Below, piece after piece: positions 12,501 to 25,249 of a stretch of DNA of 64,000 nucleotides. The notes under the pieces are model-generated. The model searched no databases, had not been told where the DNA came from, and saw only the letters and a list, made by a program, of their open reading frames with translations. The stretch is taken from assembly GCF_963921235.1 (NCBI RefSeq), contig NC_086108.1, positions 57,786,001 to 57,850,000 of the forward strand, given 5' to 3'. The stretch comes from Mobula hypostoma. Its lineage: Eukaryota. Positions within the stretch are counted from its first letter, which is position 1. Each line of letters starts with the position of its first letter. Made by a program: the position numbers and the translations under genes.

Positions 12501-13739
12501 TTAACATTATTATTTGTTTTATTCAAATTATATCTATTGATTTAATGAAAATTTATATTCAGATAGTGTTTTGGATCTCCTACATAACCCACTGAATCTA
12601 AATGTGAAGCAGCAGAATTAAAATAAGCAAAATCAGTGATTAATTTAAAAGGATGGTTTTGAAATGGTTGTACATGCTAATTAACTAGCTCATACTGTCA
12701 TCTTAAATACAGTTTAATCAGAAATAATCGTAAAAGCAGAGGGATCTGAGAAGTTAACATAATGCTTTATGAGAATGTGTTTTTAAAAAGTCCTTACAGA
12801 CATACTTGAAGTAAATGCAACATTTATGTGGTTGATGTAGATTTAAAGCCTGATCTTACCTATACTGCAGATTCAATTGAAATACTTTTTCAACAATGGG
12901 CTTCATGGGTCTTCATCCAATCCTACACCCAGACCTTTAACTTGACATTTAAGGTCATTCAGTGCTATGATGAAAGGCCATTCTCAAACTACATATTATG
13001 CAACAATTCATAAAGGCCCATTCATAATTTCCTAAGGAAAATAATATCAATTTCTCTTCTATGTTAAGCTTTCTGATCTCAGTTGGAGCAGAGGTAGAAT
13101 TGGCTTCATATTGCTGTTGATGAAGAAGGGAATTGAAAAGCAAAGAAAAACTGCAGATGTTAGGAATCTGAAACAAAAAAACCCAAAAATTTGTTGGAAG
13201 TACTCAGAGGTTGAGCAATATCTGTGGTTCAAGTTGATAATTAGAACTGGAAAAGGTTATAAAACAGGCATATTCAAACATGAGAAAAAGGATGGATGGA
13301 GAGGCAAATGTAGACTTATTTGTGATGTTTTCTATAAAATGGTTTGCCAATGGTCACTGCTTATAACTTATTGTAGGTAGACAAAAGCCTGGGATATGAT
13401 ATGCTTCTGAACTTGCACAGCATATTATCAACTTTTTTGAAACATTGTTTTCCTGTTGATTTATCCATTTCATATCCATATTTGTAGTGCAGCATGACAC
13501 AATTAAACTTCTGATTAGATATGCACTTCAGCCCTCATGTTAATGATAAAGTCAGACTTGGGGAGATTTTTTTCAATTTAAACTTAAAGATTGTCATTAT
13601 CTTTAGAAGTAATACAAAGGTTAGCAAATGTAGAAAGTAAATTAAACTCTTTGCCTTCTCAGAATCAAAATAATGACACATTGAGGCTTTTACAGTTAAG
13701 ATACCCTTAGTTTATTACATGAACTATCATTGAATCTCA

Positions 13740-14925
13740 ACGCCTTTCTCTGTAATAGATCTTGACTTCCTGACAGAAAGACCTCAGTCAGTCCATGTTG
13801 GCAGAAGTATTTCTAGCTCCATCACGCCGAGAATCAACACCCCCAGGGCTGCGAGCTCAGCCCTTTGCTGTTCACACACGACGGCACTGCAGGATCCAGT
13901 TCAACCTGAATCAACAGTTTCACTGATGAGCAACAGTGGTTGGCCTCATCGACAATGACAATGAGACGGCGCACAGAGAGGAGGCGGAGTGGCTAGTAGA
14001 ATGGTCTGAGCACAACAATCTCTCAATGTGGACAAAACCAAAGAGATGATTATGGACTCCAGGGAGGTGCTGGCTGAGCGTTCCTTTCTGCATTTAAGCC
14101 GTTCTTCTGTGGAGAGAGTTGGGAGCACCAAGTTTCTGGGAGTGCACACAATGGATGGCACAGCTGGTCTCTCAACACCACCTCCAGCCAGAGCATCAAA
14201 GGGTATGGGATGAAAGCAGGGGAGGGGAGATGACTGGAAGAATTGGATCAGCCCATGATTGAATAGTGGAGCAGAATTGATGGGCCGAATGGCTGACTTC
14301 TGCTCCTATATCACATGGTCTTTAATCAAGAAAGCACAGTAGCGTCTCCACTTCCTGAAGAGATTGAGGTGAGTGAGACTCTCCCACTCACTCCCGATAC
14401 TAACCAATTTTTACAGGAGCACAATCAAGAGTGACCTGACCTGCTGCACCACTGTCCAGCAGGGGAGTTGCAAGGCATCTGAACGCAAGGGATTGCAAGG
14501 ACTGCTGAAAGGATTATCAGGGTCTTTTCCCAACTATCACAGATATTTATCTGGAGCACTGTGTATGCAGAGCATTTAACATTGTCAATGATCTCTCCCA
14601 TCCAACCAGCAATCTCTTTGCTCCCTACCATCAGGCAGGAGGTACCAGAGCATTAGAACAAGAACTCTTCCCCCAGGCAGTGATGCTACTAAACTCCTTG
14701 TCACCACCTTGGTCTCATTACATATCAAGCACCTCGAGCATTGTACTATTTACTTTTCAACTTGTGTCATAATTGCACCTTTTTATTTGTGGTTATATTA
14801 TGTTATGTGTTGCGTGTGTGAGTTGTGTCCACTGTGTTGTTCACCTTAGTCCGGAGGACTGTTGTTTTGTTTGGGCAGTATATACGTGTACAGTTGAATG
14901 ACAATAAACTAAATGTGAACTTGAA
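13740..14925 (+). mobile_element. Decayed Rex1/Babar fragment with a CR1 3'-end insert (about 14190-14322)
   Basis: ORFs 14028..14213 (KTKEMIMD, KFLGV) and 14373..14579 (LTNFYRSTI). Confidence 0.8.
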
Positions 14926-15034
14926 ACTCACTAATGCTTTATTGGTTTTATTATGCACAATGTTTTATTAAGCACTATATGCTTAGATGCTTTGGTATAG
15001 CTGAAGGTTCCTTCTGTTATTGTATTGTATTAGA

Positions 15035-16350
15035 GCAGCAGATGTAGTGTATATGGATTTCAGCAAGGCACTTGATAAGGTACCCCATGCTAGACCTATT
15101 GTGAAACTAAGGAGGCATGAGATCCAAGGGGACATTGCTTTGTTATCCAGAATTAGCTTTTACACAGAAGGCAAAGAGTAGTTATAGATGGGTCATATTC
15201 TGCATGGAGGTCAGTGACCAGTGATGTGCTTTGGGGATCTGTCCTGGGACTCCTACTCTTTGTGATTTTTATAAATGACCTGGATGAGGAAGTGGAGGGA
15301 TGGGTTAGTAAATTTGCTGATGACACAAGGTTTGGGGTGTTGTGGATAGTGTGGAGGGCTGTCAGAGGTTACAGCAGAACATCAATAGGATGCAAAACTG
15401 GGCTGAGAAGTGGCAGATGGAGTTCAACCCAGATAAGTGTGAGGTGGTTCATTTTGGTAGGTCAAATATGATGGCGGAATATAGTATTAATGGTAAGACT
15501 CTTGGCAGTGTGGAGGATCAGAGGGATCTTGGGGTCTGAGTCCATAGGACACTCAAAGCTGCTGCGCAGGTTGACTCTGTGGTTAAGAAGGCATGTAGTA
15601 CATTGGCCTTCATCAATTGTGGGATTGAGTTTAAGAGTCAAGAGGTAATGTTGCAGCTCTATGGGACTTTGGTCAGACCCCACTTGGAGTACTGTGCTCA
15701 GTTCTGGTCACCTCACTATGAGAAGGATGTGGAAACCATAGAAAGGGTGCAGAGGAGATTTACAATGATGTTGCCTGGATTGGGGAGCATGCTTTATAGA
15801 ATAGGTTGAGTGAACTTGGCCTTTTCTCCTTGGAGCGGCGGAGGATGAGAGGTGACCTGATTAAGGTGTACAATATGATGAGAGGCATTGATTGTGTGAA
15901 AAGTCAGAGGCTTTTTCCCAGGGCTGAGATGGCTAGCACGAGAGGGCACAGGTTTAAGATGCTTGGAAGTAGGTACAGAGGAGAAGTCAGGGGTAAGTTT
16001 TGTATACAGAGAGTGGTGAGTGCGTGGAATGGGCTGTCGGCGACGGTGGTGAAGGCGGATACGATAGGGTCTTTCATAGTCATACTTTATTGATCCCGAG
16101 GGAAATTGATTTTCGTTACAGTTGCCCCAACCAAGTATAGAGTATAAATACCGCAATATAAAACTATAGATAATTAAATAGTAATATGTAAATTATGCCA
16201 GGAAACAAGCCTCCTGGATAGGTACATGGAGCTTAGAAAAATAGAGGGCTATGGGTAACCCTAGGTAATTTCTGAGATAGTCAGTAACATGTTCAGCACA
16301 GCTTTGTGGGCCGAAGGGCCTGTATTGTGCTGTAGGCTTTCTGTATTTCT
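15035..16350 (+). mobile_element. CR1 LINE 3' portion, with a short LINE-tail insert at about 16075-16210
   Basis: GSVLGxLLF, KFADD, WQMEFN, EDQRDLGV, RPHLEYCAQFW, FSLERRRMRGDLI in ORFs 15214-16093. Confidence 0.9.
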
Positions 16351-17625
16351 GTGTATTGGTTTAGATAGGTGACCTGGTTGGCAGAATTTTTAAAGTTGGA
16401 TATTAAAGCTGCAACATATTTATTACTCAAATTGCAGTTTTGTGTCTGTCGTAAAAGTCATTACTTTGTAAACATCTGAGAAATGATTTAAAAGCTTATA
16501 TTTTTTAGCCATTCAAATATTGTTCTCTGTAACATTTCTAAGCACAGAAGTTACACTTTAATTGACTAAGTTTAGCATTTTCGCACAATAAACCTCCACT
16601 GTTGAGATTTCTAACATGCAAAAAACATTTAAAAATCATTGATTGCCTCTTTACTTGTGTCTCTTCTATAAGTATATACAATCTACTTTACTAACAACAC
16701 TCATGGAATAGATAAATGATGTTGCTAGGTTAGTTGTTACTTTTTAAACCAAAGATTAACATGCTATTTTATAATAGATTATGGGCCAAGCACTCGGAAG
16801 TGGGATTAGCTCAGGTGAGTAACTTGTTCAGCATGGACAAGTTGAGCTGAAGGGTCTGCTTCTGTACTGTATAATCTGATGCTGGCATATTTGAAAATTT
16901 AACAAGTATCTTGTATCAGCCTTCACTGTGGAGGATGTGTGTAGCATTCTAAAAATAGTTGTAAATTGGAAGAGTGAGAAACTTGAGAAAATTACTATTA
17001 CCAGGGAAACGGTACTGAGGGCTGACAAGTTTCCAGGTCCTGTTGGACTTAAATGAAATTCTTCATTTTGACAGGGATAAAAAATCTCAATGGTAAGTGA
17101 CTGTAGAGGTTGGAGATGCAGAGGTATCTGTGTCTCCTATTTTGTGATCCACTGAGACTATTATACAGATGTAGCAAGTAATCATGAAAGCTGACAAGAT
17201 TCTACAGCTTATTGTAAAGGCAATGGAATGCAATAGTAGGGAGTCTGGGCTCCAGTTTTTAAAGGTATTTAGTGACTTCTTGGACCTGGTACCATTTTCA
17301 TAGAATCCTACCCTTGCATGGCAACTGAAAGCAGTCAATCATCTCCAGTGTTACTACCACTGGTTAACTGGGGATAAAACTAGATAGTGCGATTGGTTTT
17401 TTGCGTGATCTCTACCACAAATCCTGTAAAAGATGGTGATTGATGATTCTGGTTACCAAGGACAATAGTCCATGGAATCAGCATAGTTGTTTAAACCATC
17501 TGGTCTCAGCAAGGCACTTCCTGTCTGCATTGATTTCCAGTTGATAATACTGCTAACTTCTGTGTTCTTGAGCAACATTATGTCTTCTTCATTGCTTTTA
17601 TTTTTTATGTGGAATCTAATAGCAG

Positions 17626-17645
17626 GTGAAGAGGTTGAGGTGCAG
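17626..17645 (+). other. Candidate 20-nt microexon (NAGNAG acceptor)
   Basis: T-rich tract, ctaat branch-like motif, tagcag|GTGAAGAGGTTGAGGTGCAG|gtaaca. Confidence 0.35.
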
Positions 17646-18194
17646 GTAACAAAACTGAAAAATGTGAAGGATAACCTGAAGTTCTACTTCAATACCCAAA
17701 TGCCTGGCCAGAATCTAGTGCAATTCTATTCAATGGCTATGATATCAAATGTTGGTTTTTGCTTGTTCTTGAACTCGCGAGCTAAATTCTTTGACAAATG
17801 TCCTGCAGTTACAATCCAGTCAGTAGTTGTGAATGACTGATTTTCCCAGTGTGCTTCTTTTTGGGTTGAATGTTATGTTGTTAATTTGGAACAAGTTTAC
17901 CTTTGCTGTTTTTGGGAAATAATTCAAATTTTCAAATGTTGCTAAGGGACCCTATAACCAAAGTGTTTCCTTGTAAGTTAACAGATGCCAATCCATTTAG
18001 TAGTGTTCTATTTTAATCCACTTCAATAATGGATTTATTTCATTCTTTAATTTTACTCAGAAACATTTTCACTTTAACTTTTGAAATATTAGAAGCTTAT
18101 GGTTTCCTTCTTTGGCTACATTAACTTCATTCTTTGTAGGTACTGTAATGGATTTAATATTTCAGTAAAATTTGAGTAATATTGTAAATATATT

Positions 18195-19438
18195 CTTCTC
18201 ACCCTGTCTCTTGCAAAAACGCCATCCCCTTCTCGCAATTCCTCCGTCTCCGCCGCATCTGCTCTCAGGATGAGGCTTTTCATTCTAGGACGAGGGAGAT
18301 GTCTTCATTTTTTAAAGAAAGGGGCTTCCCTTCCTCCACTATCAACTCTGCTCTTAAACGCATCTCCCCCATTTCACGTACATCTGCTCTCACTCCATCC
18401 TCCCACCACCCCACTAGGAATAGGGTTCCCCTGGTCCTCACCTACCACCCCACCAGCCTCCGGGTCCAATATATTATTCTCCGTAACTTCTGCCACCTCC
18501 AACGGGATCCCACCACTAAGCACATCTTTCCCTCCCCGCCTCTCTCTGCATTCCGCAGGGATCGCTCCCTACACAACTCCCTTGTCCATTCGTCCCCCCC
18601 ATCCCTCCCCACTGATCTCCCTCCTGGCACTTATCCGTGCAAGTGGAACAAGTGCTACACATGCCCTTACACTTCCTCCCTTACCACCATTCAGGGCCCC
18701 AAACAGTCCTTCCAGGTGAGGCATCACTTAACCTGTGAGTCGACTGGGGTGATATACTGCGTCCGGTGCTCCCGATGTGGCCTTTTATATATTGGTGAGA
18801 CCCGACGCAGACTGGGAGACCGCTTTGCTGAACATCTACACTCTGTGCGCCAGAGAAAGCAGGATCTCCCAGTGGCCACACATTTTAAGTCCACATCCCA
18901 TTCCCATTCTGACATGTCTATCCACGGCCTCCTCTACTGTAAAGATGAAGCCACACTCAGGTTGGAGGAACAACACCTTATATTCCGTCTGGGTAGCCTC
19001 CAACCTGATGGCATGAACATCGACTTCTCTAACTTCCGCTAAGGCCCCACCTCCCCCTCGTACCCCATCTGTTACTCATTTTTATGCACACATTCTTTGT
19101 CTCACTCTCCTTTTTCTCCCTCTGTCCCTCTGAATATACCTCTTGCCCATCCTCTGGGTCACCCCCCCCCCCTTGTCTTTCTTCCCGGACCTCCTGTCCC
19201 ATGATCCTCTCGTATCCCCTTTTGCCTATCACCTGTCCAGCTCTCGGCTCTATCCCTCCCCCTCCTGTCTTCTCCTATCATTTTGCATCTCCCCCTCCCC
19301 CTCCAGCTTTCAAATCCCTTACTCACCCTTCCTTCAGTTAGTCCTGACGAAGGGTCTCGGCCTGAAACGTCGACTGCACCTCTTCCTACAGATGCTGTTT
19401 GGCCTGCTGCGTTCACCAGCAACTTTGATGTATGTTGG
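18195..19438 (+). mobile_element. Young 5'-truncated Penelope-like element (RT thumb plus GIY-YIG endonuclease), 13-bp TSD
   Basis: ORF 18299..19042 with CxxC, VIYCVRCSRCGLLYIGET, RFAEH, QPDGMN. TTGTAAATATATT at 18182-18194 and 19439-19451. Confidence 0.93.
19340..19375 (+). ncRNA. Minimal type I hammerhead ribozyme motif in the Penelope 3' region
   Basis: AGTC-CTGACGA-(agg..cct stem II)-GAAA-CG-TC^GACT. Core intact, stem I AGTC/GACT, palindromic ACGT stem III. Confidence 0.75.
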
Positions 19439-19477
19439 TTGTAAATATATTGTTTGATTAAGCATTCTTTGCTTATT

Positions 19478-19660
19478 GGCCGGCCGGTGGCCCAATGACA
19501 TCAGCAGTGAACTCTGGAATGGAGGTTCCAGGGTTCGAACCTGGTCAGAGCTGCTCCTGAGTACGCTTTCCATCCGTGCTGGGTTGAGTGTCGAGATTGC
19601 ATCTCGACCTCGTAAGATAAAAGTGAAATGTCTGTGTGAGGAGTGGCACGCCGCACAGTC
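19478..19660 (+). mobile_element. tRNA-derived SINE-like sequence inside the Gypsy LTR
   Basis: A-box-like tggcccaatga and B-box ggttcgaacc, ending in a (cagt)n/(ct)n microsatellite. Confidence 0.55.
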
Positions 19661-19725
19661 AGTCAGTCAGTCAGTCAGTCTCTCTCTCTCTCTCTCTCTC
19701 TCTCGCTCTCGCTCTCGCTCTTGCT
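19657..19725. repeat. Compound microsatellite (CAGT)n(CT)n(CTCTCG)n
   Basis: Seen directly. Confidence 0.95.
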
Positions 19726-20289
19726 CCGTGCCTTCTAAAGGCATGAAAAAGACATCGTCCTGCCAACAACGCAGATGCACGGATGGACGCATGCATGCGG
19801 ACGCACGCACAGACGCACACGCCATTAAATAAAAGCAGTCTTTGCTTACATAATTCATTATGGGCTACATGTAAGAAATATGTGAATGGCATATGTCATT
19901 ATGCCACCACACCATGTGTGAGCATCTCACTAAAGAAAAAAAACTAAAGTGCACTTGCATCCTGGCTTCCATGTCTTTCTTTCAATTAGTTTCTGGAGTT
20001 ACAGGATATTACAGTGCAAAAAAATGTTTTAAAACAAACCCAAGATGACTACCTATTTGTTGAAGCACAGCACATGTTTCTTTGGAAGGAGGAGAGAGAG
20101 ACAGTTGAGTTTAAAAAAAAAGGCAGAAATCAGACAAAATTCATGGGTTCATATATAGTGGGTGCCAGGTGATAATGATAACAAATTTTTTAAAAGAGCA
20201 GGAATGCTGGCTACATGAAAAAGATAAACACATCTGATTGCACAACAGATAACTAGATGATATATACTGAATAAATTGAACATTATTTT

Positions 20290-20995
20290 AACTCATATGT
20301 TTTGGTCCTGTCCTCTCAACAGTACTATGTTTTGATTTAGAACCCCATCCTATTACAGCAATTTTTGGATTGCCAATGGTAGAACAGAGATCTTTGCCTT
20401 CTTCAGCCTGTCGGATGATTGCATTTGTCACTTTAATGGCCAGAAGATCTATTTTATTGAACTGGAAGAATACCAATCCTCCTACTACATTCCAATGGTT
20501 TTCCTAAACTATATTAAGTTTAAATTTAGAAAAAATTAAAGTAATATTTTTGATCCTTTGGTTAAATTTGAAGAAACTTGGATACCTTTTATGCAACATT
20601 TTCATATGATGTAATTTGACCTTTCTGAATCTTCTTTATTAACTTAAAATATATGAATAGAGGAGCAGAGTTGACGACATTACTGAACGTGTTCAATTTA
20701 AGATATTGGCCTAGCCCTGTTTTGTTCCGTTTGCTTTTTTTGGGTTTAGTATGTAGTTCTTTTTTATTTTCTTTTTTTGGGGGGGTTTTCTTTGTGTGTG
20801 TGTATATATAATATATATTTTTTTGTTTTTTATGATTAATTTCATCATGAGTTTGGAAGTCTATTATACCTATGTTATTTGAAATCTTTTTTGCATATGT
20901 TTATTAATAATAAGATTATTCCAATCTCTTTGTATCAACTTTGTTATGGTGTTTATAATTTTGAAAATTAATAAAAAGATTTAAAAAGAAAGAAA
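20290..20995 (+). mobile_element. L1 3'-end fragment with a 54-bp direct duplication
   Basis: Starts at THMFWSCP, then PHPITAIFGLP-like sequence. AATAAA and A-rich tail. Identical 54-mers at 20236-20289 and 20996-21049. Confidence 0.88.
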
Positions 20996-21053
20996 GATTG
21001 CACAACAGATAACTAGATGATATATACTGAATAAATTGAACATTATTTTGAAG

Positions 21054-21364
21054 TGGGCACATGGCCAAGTGGTTAAAGCATTGGACTAGCAACCTGAAGG
21101 TCGTGAGTTTGAGCCCCAGCCAAGGGAACGTGTTGTGTCCTTGAGCAAGGCACTTAATCACACATTGCTCTGCGACGACTCTGGTGCCAAGCTGTATGGG
21201 TCCTAATGCCCTTCCCTTGGACAACATTGGTGTCGTGGAGAGGGGAGACTTGCAGCATGGGCAACTGCTGGTCTTCCATACAATCTTGCCCAGGCCTGCG
21301 CCCTGGAGAGTGAAGACCTTCCAGGCACGGATCCATGGTCTCGCAAGACTAACGGATGCCTTTA
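21054..21364 (+). mobile_element. tRNA-derived SINE with CORE-like centre, 10-bp TSD
   Basis: A box tggccaagtgg, B-box-like gagtttgagccc, CORE-like gtgtccttgagcaaggcacttaa. TATTTTGAAG at 21044-21053 and 21365-21374. Confidence 0.85.
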
Positions 21365-24039
21365 TATTTTGAAGCAAATGAAATAGCCAACAAAAAGTGA
21401 GCGTCAATGTTTTTGAGTGCATTAGGTGGAAAAGTATACAGTTTGCTTAGAAGTTTAACTGCTTGAACCAAACTGATGAAATGAGCTTTGCTGATATCAT
21501 GAACATAATGCAAGGACATTTGATTTCAGAATGCTTTAGGTTTCATTGACAGAATCAAAAGGAAAGGAAGTCCATTTCAGATTACATGGCTGAATTGAAG
21601 AAACTGCCTAAGCATTGTCAGTTCAGTGATGGGCTTAATGAGACATTGTTTAGTTTGTGGAATCACTCAAAGACATTCAAAGCATTCAAAAATGGCTCAA
21701 AACTTGAAGCACCACTCTAATTTAATACAGCAGTTGAAATGACTGTATCAATGGAAATAGCAGCCAGTAGGAGGAGGAGTCAGGAATGAAAGCGAGCTTG
21801 CACAAAATTGCAACAGCTAAACATAAACCTGCCTAGCCAAACATATCATGTTACTGTTGTAGTAGGGGCTCACATACCAGACCAATGCAGGTTTAAAGGT
21901 GAAACTTGCAAAAAATTCAACAATGTATAACACAAACAAAGAACATGTTGGGCAGAGAAAATAAAATGGACCACACAGGGAAGAGAAAAAGCGAGAAGGT
22001 CAAGTTGCATTTTCAAGAAGGGCATTAATCTACATGACGTTGATGAAAAATCTGATAATGCTGAGAGTGACACAGGACTGAATAGCCTTGAGATTCACAA
22101 TATGAAAACTAAAAGGAGGCGAACAATATAGCTAACACCAGAAATGAATGGCAAATTAATTAAAGTGGAATTGGACACTGGCTTGGCTGTTTCAGTCATT
22201 CCACAAAATGAGTTTGAATGGCATTTTAAAGATACTGAACTGAAACCTGCAGATACCCATCTGAGAACTTAAGTTGGAGATCAGATCACTCCTGTGGGAT
22301 TGACATTTGTAACATTGAAATACAACAACCAGCAAGCCACATTGTGCTTGTTTGTGGTAAAAACAAGTGGCCAGGCATTGTGGGGCTGTGATTGGCTGAG
22401 ACAACTACAATTTGATTGGAGATTCATCCACAATTTGCATGCCACATCCCCTGCAAACGAGTCAACTGAAAGCAAATTGAGAAAGGTACTGGATGATGAC
22501 ACCACTGCGTTCTAGGATGGCATTGGAAAACTGAAACATATCAAGGGTAAAATAATGTTAAATGAAAATGCCACACCCAAATTTTACAAAGCTCTTTTGT
22601 TTCTCTATACCAACTGTGATTAAGTAGCCAGTGAGCTAGATCATATGGAGGCTAAAGGAATTCTTTCCAAGGTTGACTGGAGCCCATGGGCATTGCCAGT
22701 GGTTCTAGTAGCCAAGAAGGCTGGGTCTGTCAGAATCCGCGATGATTTTAATATCACCATCAATTCAGTACTGAAAGTAGATCAATCTCCTTTGCCCAGG
22801 ATAGAGGATACCTTTACAAGCTTTTCTGGAGGGAAACTCTTAAGCAAAGTGAACTTAGTTGAGGCCTAGTGTTTCTCACCATAAGCACTCTGAAAAGGCT
22901 TTATCGCTAAATAGGCTTATTTTTCGAGGGGCATCTGCACCCGCACTCTGGCAGAAAGCTATGGACAAAGTGCTGCAAGGCTTCCCAGGCACTCAGGGTT
23001 ACCTGAATAACAAAAAAAATCTTCAAAATCTCAAGACAGTGATTAAAAGGATTAGAAGATTATGGGCTCAGAGCACAGTGCAACAAATGTGAATTCTTTA
23101 AACTAATCATCTCTGGTCACATCAGTGATGCACAAGATTTACGCAAGTGTGCTGAAAAAATTCGAACAGTGGTGGATGTCCCAAGGCCAAAGTTTGTGTC
23201 ACAGTTGCATTCCTCTTTAAAATTTGTAAGATACTATAATAGATCGGGAAGAAATGGCAACAGGCAAAGCAGTGTGAGGTGGATTTCCAAAAGACTAAGG
23301 AAATGGTGATGGCGGACACTGCACTCACACATTATAATCCACCTCACCCAGTAAAGCTTGCCTGTGATGCCTTACATTATGGTATAGGTGCAGTTAATTC
23401 ACATGTTAGGAGTGATGGAAGTGAAAACCCTGTAGCCTTTTCATCATGTTCCCTCATCGCTGCAGATAAAACTTGCACACAGATTGACAGAAAGGCTTTG
23501 AGTCTGGTTTGTGGTGGAAAGTGTTTCAACCAGTACCATTATGGGATAGAGTTTACCCTCATTACTGATCCTCTCGCACTGCTGTCCATTTTCAATCTAC
23601 AGACGTGGGTTCCACTAACAGCAGCAGAATCAACCAATTTCCCCCGGGATCAATAAAGTATGACTATACTATGACTATGAACACAGAGATGGGCTGTGTT
23701 TCTTGGAGGAATCAATTACAAGGTCGGATTCAAGAGGACAGCTAATCATAGAAATGCTGATGGATTAACCTGTTACTCTTGGAAAAGGAAGTACCTGAAA
23801 AATTTACAAGAGGACACTCTTTGTGACGTATTCTCCTTAATGAAAATCAAAGGTCTTTTCTCACCCCATCACAGATATTCTCTTTGTTCTATTCAAACCA
23901 CTCAGCTCCTCTACAACTTATCTATACCTTTATACTCTCTTTCCCTGTTCAGACATAGAATATGAGACTTGAACATTATTTTTTCATTTGTCTGAAGACC
24001 ATGTGCTTCTTCCTTGAGCAGGGGCGCAACTAGTTCCCC

Positions 24040-24800
24040 TTTGCCAACTCACTCATTTTCCCAGGTTGACTTGTTGTCTCATTGAACAACTTCTCCTTCA
24101 ACTCCATTCGCTTTGATCAGAACCATGGTGCAACAATGAGCATTTCTGCAGAAACAACCCTGAGCTTACGTTTGCTTGCCACTTGAATTCTCCATTCCTC
24201 TCCCATTCTGACTTATCAGTCTATGACCTTCTAAAATATTGCGCTTTCTGGACTCTGTTGAATTCTACAACTTCAGGTAAGCTGATTTCTCTGCCTTTAT
24301 CAGTTGTTCATCTGAGATATTGGCTCACCTTGTTTGTACCTTTTTCTTCCCCAATTTTTTCTTTATTTTTCCAAGTGGAGGAAATGCCAGTTCTGGCACT
24401 CTGGGTGTGTCTTCTTGCTGTGAATTTCACTATGTCTGCATTCTTTTTATATAATAATTCTCAAAGAATTCCTATTTGTTCATTGACCAGATACCCTTGT
24501 TATCAGATTTCTCCCTATGGTCTCCCTGCTCTTCCTCCCCACCCTTTCTGTAGTTTTAGAAGCTGCTTTTCACACTTTCTCAGTTCAAATAAAGGCAGTT
24601 TTGATCTGAATCATTGACTCTTTTCCTCTTCCCACAGTTGTGTCCAGAACTGTTGAATATTTCAAACATTCTCTGATTTTATTTTAGACTTCTAGGATCT
24701 ACAGTATTTCATGATTTTCAACTTTTTCCACAATGTTGCTTGACCTATCATGTGTTTTCAGCACTTTGGTTTTATTTCAGATTTCCACATCTTCCCTTTA
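24040..24800 (+). mobile_element. Old Penelope-like 3' remnants
   Basis: cacttgaattctccattcctctcccattctgacttatc resembles HFNSxxHSHSD, followed by a pyrimidine-rich tail. Confidence 0.45.
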
Positions 24801-25249
24801 TTCTTCAATTATTATAGTTTTTGTCAATAGCTTTTGACTTACTGCATTTCTTGTGAGCTGAGCAAAGTTAAAAACACCAAGTTAAAATATAGTTATATGA
24901 TGAATGTTAAATTGTAGAGCTATGTTTGATTGCACGGTGGGTGTAAATATTGTGACTGGACACTCAGGTTAACAATCTTGGTCTCCATTAACACCTGTAT
25001 CCTAAAATTTCAAAGTCTTTTTGGAGAGGAATGAAAAACGAAAGAAATGTTAGGTTCATGAAAGTAAAGGAAGAATTAGCATGACGTGGAAGCACTGTTG
25101 CATTCACAGGACTGGGCCATATTCAGGGATTCATCTTCGGAACTGAATGACTATGTATGGCTTTCATGATTTCTTCAAGACTTGTGTGGTTGAGTGTGTG
25201 CTTTGAAAATGTACCAAGATTTCCCAAACCAGAAGGCATTAGGTAAATG

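Larger units (their letters stand above)
19440..23850 (+). mobile_element. Decayed Gypsy LTR retrotransposon (5' LTR about 19440-20013, gag, protease, RT, RNase H), interrupted by SINEs and L1
   Basis: LTR begins TGT and ends near ACA at about 20013. Gag-like EHYFEAN across the inserts, ELDTGxAVSVI at about 22165, ORFs 22645.. (SPWALPVV) and 23279.. (LACDALHYGIGAV). No 3' LTR seen. Confidence 0.85.

Noticed and set aside
18121..18146. ttctttgtag|gtactg, and ttgacag|gtactg at about 5860, as recursive splice sites
   Set aside because: The reconstituted donor GTACTG is weak and such motifs are expected by chance.
18299..19042. GIY-YIG ORFs as a host nuclease or homing endonuclease gene
   Set aside because: Multiple near-identical truncated copies with TSDs and hammerhead tails mark them as Penelope-like retroelements.
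21054..21125. Possible tRNA gene
   Set aside because: A and B boxes are present, but the sequence continues into a SINE body and is flanked by a TSD. No clean cloverleaf or T-run terminator.
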